Shown piece after piece: positions 58,634 through 64,000 of a stretch of DNA of 64,000 bases. Origin of the DNA: a virus; the IMG/VR virus record IMGVR_UViG_3300036852_000742, positions 17,121-81,120 of that record; one strand, written 5' to 3'. Under the pieces are notes generated by a model. The model did no database searches. It worked only from the letters and a program-made list of their open reading frames with translations, and had not been told where the DNA came from. A program made the translations under genes and the position numbers. The first letter of the stretch is position 1; every line of letters starts with the position of its first letter.

Positions 58634-60100
58634 TCAGTCTCGGTGAGCACTGATCGCCTTGGTCTCTAGATAGTGCCCGAGCCCTTCTGGCCCCAGCTCC
58701 CGCCCGATGCCAGAGTCTTTGTATCCACCCAGCGGGGTGTTCACGCCGATCGGCGCACCGTTGACCTGGACGGTACCGGCCCGGATCTGACGGGCCAGAC
58801 CTCCGGCGCGGTACGAGTCGGAGGTCCATACACCTGCGTCGAGTCCGTACGGCGAGTCGTTGGCCAGGTCGACAGCCTCCTGGTCGGAGTCGAACGGGAT
58901 GACGGCCAGGACCGGGCCGAAGACTTCCTCCCGGGCGATCGGCATGGCGTTGTTGACACCGGTGAAGATGGTCGGCTGCACGTACCAGCCTGTGTGCAGC
59001 CCGGCCGGGCGTTGGCCGCCACGGACCAGGGTCGCACCGGCCTCTACTGCGCCGTGGATGTAGCGCTCGACCTGATCGCGTTGTCGTTTGCTGACCAGCG
59101 GCCCGACCTCGGTGACCGGATCGGTCGGGTCGCCGATCGGCATGCTGTCCACCAGCCCGACGAGCCGGTCAACGAACTGGTCATGTAGGGAACGGTGGAC
59201 CAGCAGGCGGGTGTGGGCCGAGCAGATCTGCCCCGTGTTGGCCAGGGACGCGCCCTTGAGCGCGGGCACGACCTGATCCAGGTCGGCGTCGTCACAGATG
59301 ATCGCCGCCGATTTGCCACCAAGCTCCAGCGACACCCGCCGCAGGTTGTCCCCGCACATGGCGGCGATGCGCCGGCCGACGGCGGTCGACCCGGTGAACG
59401 CGACCTTGTCAACATCGGGATGGGCGACCAGGTACTCGGCGACCACCCCGTTGCGGCGCACCGGGACAACGTTGAGCACCCCGGCAGGCAAGCCCACGTC
59501 GTCACACACACGGGCCAGCAGCATCGCGTCCAGAGGCGTCTCAGCGGCCGGCTTGACCACTACTGTGCAACCCGCCAGCAGGGCCGGGGCCAGCTTCATG
59601 ATGATGGTCTTCTGCGGCATGTTCCAGGGCACGATCGCGGCGACGACTCCCACCGGCTCACGGATCACTAAGGCGCTGCCGGTGGCGTCATCTCGGCGCT
59701 CTGCCCAGGTGTACCGGCCGGCCAGGTCCACGTAGTACCGGAGGATCGCGACCGGATCCGGGACCTGCCGGGTCTTCGACCAGGTGATCGGGCAACCCAT
59801 CTCGGCGGTAATCAGTTCGGCCATCGTGTCGGCGTACCGCTCGTACAGGGTGACGATGCGGGACAGGACACCGGCCCGGTCGACTGGGCTGGACCGGGGC
59901 CAGACACCCTGATCGAACGCCCGCCGGGCGGCCGCCACAGCCCGATCAACGTCGCCTCGACCAGCGTCGGGAACGTACCCGAGGGCCTGTTCGGTCGCCG
60001 GGTTGACGACCGTGACCGGATCTGCGGTGCCGACCGGCTGGCGCCAGGCCCCGTCGATGTACAGCCGGTCGTACGTGAGCAGGTCCGGGGCGAGCGCCAT
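58634..60100 (-). CDS. NAD(P)-dependent aldehyde dehydrogenase
   Basis: REPVGVVAAIVPWN, FTGSTAVG, LELGGKS, GQICSA, EEVFGPV. Confidence 0.95.
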   Translation of the reverse strand: MALAPDLLTYDRLYIDGAWRQPVGTADPVTVVNPATEQALGYVPDAGRGDVDRAVAAARRAFDQGVWPRSSPVDRAGVLSRIVTLYERYADTMAELITAEMGCPITWSKTRQVPDPVAILRYYVDLAGRYTWAERRDDATGSALVIREPVGVVAAIVPWNMPQKTIIMKLAPALLAGCTVVVKPAAETPLDAMLLARVCDDVGLPAGVLNVVPVRRNGVVAEYLVAHPDVDKVAFTGSTAVGRRIAAMCGDNLRRVSLELGGKSAAIICDDADLDQVVPALKGASLANTGQICSAHTRLLVHRSLHDQFVDRLVGLVDSMPIGDPTDPVTEVGPLVSKRQRDQVERYIHGAVEAGATLVRGGQRPAGLHTGWYVQPTIFTGVNNAMPIAREEVFGPVLAVIPFDSDQEAVDLANDSPYGLDAGVWTSDSYRAGGLARQIRAGTVQVNGAPIGVNTPLGGYKDSGIGRELGPEGLGHYLETKAISAHRD

Positions 60101-60104
60101 CCTT

Positions 60105-60662
60105 CTACACCGTCCATCCGTTGTTGAACCCAGACTGGGCGGCCCGCTTGAGCATGTCACCCCGGTCCGCGAGACGGTCGACCTCCTCCTCGTCCATCTC
60201 CAGCCGCCGGCCGATCTCTTCCGGGGTCATCCCGAGCCCGAGCAGGTCCGCCACGATGTCAGCCATCCCCAGGACATGGTGGGTGCCCCGGGCCCGGTTG
60301 TGGCGCACGGTCGCTAGCCGGGCGAGCGCCTGGTCCGGCTGCACCAGCTCAACCGTCGGCACATACCCGGCGGTAAGCGCGAACACCTGCGGGTCGGCTG
60401 AGGCCATCCATCGGTGGTAGCCATCCACGATCTCGTAGAGTGGCCCGGCCCCGTCTTCACCCTCCTCGTGGATCACGATGGGCTGGGTCCAGCCATTCTC
60501 CAGGATCGACTTCCTGAGCAGCCGACGCTCAGGCGGTGCGGCCTGGTTCGGGTTCCATGTGTTCGCCCGTAGCCGGTCGCGTGAGATCCACCGGACCGTA
60601 GAGATCGGCTGGCAATCGACCGCCGCCGAAGCCTCGCTTGTTGAGCCGATGAAGCTCGTCAT
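60105..60662 (-). CDS. ParB-like / IbrB-family protein
   Basis: ANTWNPN.AAPPE..LLRKSILENGWTQPIV...EIVDGYHR...ATVRHNRARGTH. Confidence 0.88.
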   Translation of the reverse strand: MTSFIGSTSEASAAVDCQPISTVRWISRDRLRANTWNPNQAAPPERRLLRKSILENGWTQPIVIHEEGEDGAGPLYEIVDGYHRWMASADPQVFALTAGYVPTVELVQPDQALARLATVRHNRARGTHHVLGMADIVADLLGLGMTPEEIGRRLEMDEEEVDRLADRGDMLKRAAQSGFNNGWTV

Positions 60663-61140
60663 AGCATTCCCACTCTTCTGGTCCATACGCGGTCCAGGCC
60701 CGCCCATAGCCTCGGCTGCTGACCCGTCCGAGCGCGTCGATTGTTGCCTGATCCAGCCGCAGCTTGAGGAATCGCAGGAGTACTTGCCAGTGTTCGCGTT
60801 TCGTCACCGCGTACGGCATGACCGCCTCGGCCATCAGGATGGCGTCGATCATCCGATTGACCCGAAGGTGGAAGGCGTCCTGGTGTTTCTCCGGCTTCTT
60901 CTCCTGGTAGGTATAGGCGAGACCCCGGGCGCCGAGCGCTACCAGGACGTTGCCGGCATGACGGATCGTCCGCTCGCAGGTCATACAGAGCTGGAGACGG
61001 ACCATTATCGAGGTCGCGCGGCCTTCGATGCGCTCGCCGCGCCCGTTGCGCTTGTTTTGCGCGCCGAGGCCGATCGACCCTTCGCCATCCCAAAGCCCGG
61101 CTAGCCATGCTCGCTCTGCCACTGTCGCTGTCATTTGCAC
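60529..61140 (-). CDS. LAGLIDADG homing endonuclease (single motif)
   Basis: AWLAGLWDGEGSIGL...PYAVTKREH. Confidence 0.85.
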   Translation of the reverse strand: MQMTATVAERAWLAGLWDGEGSIGLGAQNKRNGRGERIEGRATSIMVRLQLCMTCERTIRHAGNVLVALGARGLAYTYQEKKPEKHQDAFHLRVNRMIDAILMAEAVMPYAVTKREHWQVLLRFLKLRLDQATIDALGRVSSRGYGRAWTAYGPEEWECYDELHRLNKRGFGGGRLPADLYGPVDLTRPATGEHMEPEPGRTA

Positions 61141-61168
61141 ACCGTACTATCAAGGTGCGACTAAACCG

Positions 61169-61255
61169 GTTCCAATCGTTTGCGGACAACGTCTCCCGGG
61201 GCACCCACTCGACGCGGGTCACTGGCTGGGTGTCGACAGATACGGCAGTGGTCAT
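61169..61255 (-). pseudogene. orphaned 5' fragment of the ParB/IbrB gene
   Basis: MTTAVSVDTQPVTRVEWVPRETLSANDWN aligns with VDCQPISTVRWISRDRLRANTWN of the intact copy. Confidence 0.75.
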
Positions 61256-62601
61256 TCGGCGACAGGCTCTCGGGCGTAGGGCGGAACAAGGGCGTGCGGG
61301 TCGGCGGGCTGACGGCCGGGGTGCGCCAGGTCGCCGAAGGTGCCGTCGGTGATCACAGCGGTCAGGTCTTTGGCGTAGCGGTGCCAGTACTTGGGGAGGG
61401 TCCGGCCCTGGTCGTCGGTCATTAGCCGGCCGCCGGTTTGTTTCCGGTTTTTGAAGTCGCCGCGCATCGCAAGCATGAGGAGGAAGTCCCAGGACAGGCC
61501 TGTGCCCGGGTGCGGCGCGGTGGGTGCGATCGGGTCGGTGGTCTTGCGGTAGTGCAGGGTGATCTCGTCCCGGCAGCGGGCGGCGATGAACGCTGACTCG
61601 GTGGGCCGGAACTGCTCCAGATAATGGACGATGAAATCGGGCCAGGGCATGCCGGCGGGTTTGTCGGGCCGGCCCCGGTACGAGTACAGCTCGGTCAAGG
61701 CGTAACGGGACGCTGCCCCAACACCTGGGACACGATCGACCATTTTTTCCCACACGTCCGGGAAACACTGGGCATAGGTGTGGATCTTCTGGAGGGGTTC
61801 CTCACCGAACGCGGGTGAGCAACGCTGGGTGCTCCGGCCAAGGCCGGCCATCTCCAGCCGGTCGTAGGCCCGGTTGTAGTCCCACCCTTTCAACGCGGGG
61901 GCGGTCCATACGTCGTCGGTGGTCCAGTCATAGACCGGGTACGCCTTCCACAGGTTCCCCTGTGATGTGCCAGATGAGTCGAACTTGGTCAGGTAGTTGA
62001 GTTCCCGCCCGGTCTTGGTCACCGCCCTACGCCGTGTCAACGACTCCTGCGCCCGAATGCCCATGAACATGACGCAGTTACCGAGCCGGGGCGGGAACAG
62101 CAACCCGTTGGTGTCGGGTGCGGACAGGCGCGCCTCAGGCGGGTCGATCGGGAACCCGTCCAGGGTCACAAGCGCTTCATCGGGCAACGGCCGGCACCAC
62201 AGGTCGCGGGCCTCCGGCGCCCACGGCCACCAGTACGGGCTCTTACGCGAGCAGGCGTTGCGGTGTTTGAGAGGCAGGCAGTACCACTCCAGGTTGACGT
62301 CGCCGCGTTGGGCGATGCGCCGGACGTACTCCACGGTCTCGAACGGGATGGCTTCCTCGTCCTGGAAGAATGCCCGCAGCGGCAGGTGCCGTTCGTAGCG
62401 CGGGTCGGAGTGGGCTACCTCAAGGACGACCTGCAAGGTGGCGGTGGAGTCTTTGCCGCCGCTGAACGCGACCGCGACGTGGTCGAACCGGTCCAGCACG
62501 AGGGCTGTCCGTTCCAGCGCGAGGGTGTACACATCAGTGTCGAGCGGTCGCTGGCGGAGTGTTGCTTTGGCCTTCGCCGCAGGTGGGGGTTGCTGTTTCA
62601 T
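61252..62601 (-). CDS. PAPS-reductase-family / IbrA-like (DUF3440-type) protein
   Basis: VAFSGGKDS, DEEAI, GIRAQESLTR, YPVYDWTTDDVW, DYNRAYD, WEKMVDRVPG. Confidence 0.88.
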   Translation of the reverse strand: MKQQPPPAAKAKATLRQRPLDTDVYTLALERTALVLDRFDHVAVAFSGGKDSTATLQVVLEVAHSDPRYERHLPLRAFFQDEEAIPFETVEYVRRIAQRGDVNLEWYCLPLKHRNACSRKSPYWWPWAPEARDLWCRPLPDEALVTLDGFPIDPPEARLSAPDTNGLLFPPRLGNCVMFMGIRAQESLTRRRAVTKTGRELNYLTKFDSSGTSQGNLWKAYPVYDWTTDDVWTAPALKGWDYNRAYDRLEMAGLGRSTQRCSPAFGEEPLQKIHTYAQCFPDVWEKMVDRVPGVGAASRYALTELYSYRGRPDKPAGMPWPDFIVHYLEQFRPTESAFIAARCRDEITLHYRKTTDPIAPTAPHPGTGLSWDFLLMLAMRGDFKNRKQTGGRLMTDDQGRTLPKYWHRYAKDLTAVITDGTFGDLAHPGRQPADPHALVPPYAREPVAE

Positions 62602-63200
62602 ACGGTCACCGCCGCGTCCTCGGCTACCGGTCGGGCATCGGGATGGAACGCCCACGATGACAGGTAAGTACCGACGTTGGTCGCCAGACGGTGCAGCGGG
62701 TGGTAGCGGCGGTGGGCGTACATCTGGCCGTCGACGTCGAGCACGACGACAACCCATGATCGGGCGGTGAACACGGCGGCCAGCTTGGCGAGGGTGTCCG
62801 TTGGTGGCACCCCGTGGCCGCGCATCGCAGCGTACGCGGCGGCGAGGGCGTACGAGTCGGTGATCGCGTCTGGTGCCAGGTCGTCAGGGTTGTCGATGAC
62901 CCCGTTGTGCGCGACGGCGTGCGCTCCGGCCAGCGCCGGCTGTAGCTGCTCCGGCGCCTGCCAGTCCCCGACTGTGGCCAGCCGGGCGTGACCAAGGACA
63001 CGGGTGTCGGTGATGGCGGTGAGGGCGTCACGGTGTGGGCCCAGCGGCCCCAGGTGGCGTACACAGACCGGCGGCGTCCCGGGGTTGTATGTGACCCAAC
63101 CACAGCCGTGGGGCCCGCGACGTCCAGCACCCTCCGCCGCTGCCAGCAACAGTTGCGGGTCGGGCGGGCCGACGCCGGTGTAGGCGAAGATCCCGCACAT
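62598..63200 (-). CDS. class II glutamine amidotransferase
   Basis: MCGIFAY...RGPHGCG...GHARLAT...AHNGVI...TDS. Confidence 0.85.
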   Translation of the reverse strand: MCGIFAYTGVGPPDPQLLLAAAEGAGRRGPHGCGWVTYNPGTPPVCVRHLGPLGPHRDALTAITDTRVLGHARLATVGDWQAPEQLQPALAGAHAVAHNGVIDNPDDLAPDAITDSYALAAAYAAMRGHGVPPTDTLAKLAAVFTARSWVVVVLDVDGQMYAHRRYHPLHRLATNVGTYLSSWAFHPDARPVAEDAAVTV

Positions 63201-64000
63201 CAGGTTTTGCCGTTCCGGCTCATCCAATCCGCAGCGGCGGGCAACGTCGCAGCAGCGGCGCGCACCACGGTCGAGTCGATCGCCCAGCACTCTGCCCAAC
63301 CGTGGTCGGGGGAGGTGGTCCACTGGCGGGCAGGCCACGGACCGGTGCCGACCTGGAACCCTCGGGGCCAGTGGTAGCAAGGCGGCAGCGGGATGTTGTG
63401 CCGGTCGATGAGGGCGAAGACCTGCTCGTGGGTCCAGTCGGCCATCGGCGACCAGCGGGTCAGACCGTGACGGTCGGTGTAGCGGTCCTGCCCGTCGCGG
63501 CCGACGAAGTTGCCGTCCTTACGGCGCCGGCCCAACGCCAGCAGCTCCAGCCCCTCACGCTGGAAGTAGACGCGTTGGGCCCGGTGCTGGACGAGGGAGA
63601 ACCAGCGCGGGCCGTGCGCGCCTTGCGGGAACAGCATCGACGGGTGCTTGATGAGCCAGGGCAGGTCGAGCGCGACGGTGACGACTTCGCATCCGGGTGG
63701 CATGTGATCGGTCTGCCAGCGCAGCATCGCCGGCCATTCCAGGCCGATCGTCATACCGACCATGCAGGCTGGTACGCCGGCCTGCTCCATCACGTACCGC
63801 AGCGCCTGGGAGTCTTTCCCGCCGGACCAGGCGTAGGCGATGCGGCGGCCGGCGGCGAGTTCAGCCCGTACCTGCCCGACCGTGGCGGCGGTCAACGCGT
63901 CCAGCTCGACGTCGGTGACGACATCCCGGGCGCGGGCCATCTGCTCTTGCCAGACGAGCGGGTCGGCGATGGACTGCTTGCGGCCAAGTGCTGCCGGCAC
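63200..64000 (-). CDS. second PAPS-reductase-like (PP-loop) protein; start at or beyond window edge
   Basis: AWSGGKDS, LGRRRKDGN, SPMADWTHEQV. Confidence 0.8.
   Translation of the reverse strand: MPAALGRKQSIADPLVWQEQMARARDVVTDVELDALTAATVGQVRAELAAGRRIAYAWSGGKDSQALRYVMEQAGVPACMVGMTIGLEWPAMLRWQTDHMPPGCEVVTVALDLPWLIKHPSMLFPQGAHGPRWFSLVQHRAQRVYFQREGLELLALGRRRKDGNFVGRDGQDRYTDRHGLTRWSPMADWTHEQVFALIDRHNIPLPPCYHWPRGFQVGTGPWPARQWTTSPDHGWAECWAIDSTVVRAAAATLPAAADWMSRNGKT

Noticed and set aside
60551-61168. Group I intron or intein explanation for the LAGLIDADG insertion
   Set aside because: No space for a ribozyme core, ORF not in frame with ParB, no intein termini, and the ParB N-terminus is duplicated
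1-64000. Integrase/att site, cas1/cas2, tRNA or rRNA genes
   Set aside because: None recognised in the window; phage lifestyle cannot be determined from this sequence

Overview
High-GC actinobacterial tailed-phage (siphovirus-like) DNA, probably most of one genome; no integrase is visible. Layout: (1) 1-15.4 kb, mostly minus-strand replication/regulatory genes (DUF5131, HNH, initiator with iteron-like repeats, HD hydrolase, Sak4-like ATPase, WhiB, DUF3560); (2) 15.5-25.5 kb, a plus-strand early/accessory arm (ArdC-N, methyltransferase, HEXXH peptidase, YdjM-like) ending in a 683-aa RuvC-degenerate Cas12m-like effector and a 26-repeat CRISPR array with very heterogeneous repeats and no cas1/cas2; (3) 25.6-54.9 kb, the minus-strand virion/lysis operon, interrupted by a tnpB-only IS, an SGNH hydrolase and an antisense endonuclease; (4) 55-58.6 kb, small early genes; (5) 58.6-64 kb, a putative DNA-modification operon (two PAPS-reductase-like genes, class-II GATase, ParB/IbrB, aldehyde dehydrogenase) invaded by a LAGLIDADG gene that brought its own ParB N-terminus. 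The best candidate for a new system is the phage-borne, CRISPRi-like Cas12m locus. Also notable: a phage-specific promoter plus 5'-leader hairpin motif, and synonymous recoding of conserved motifs. All protein calls come from motif recognition, without database searches.
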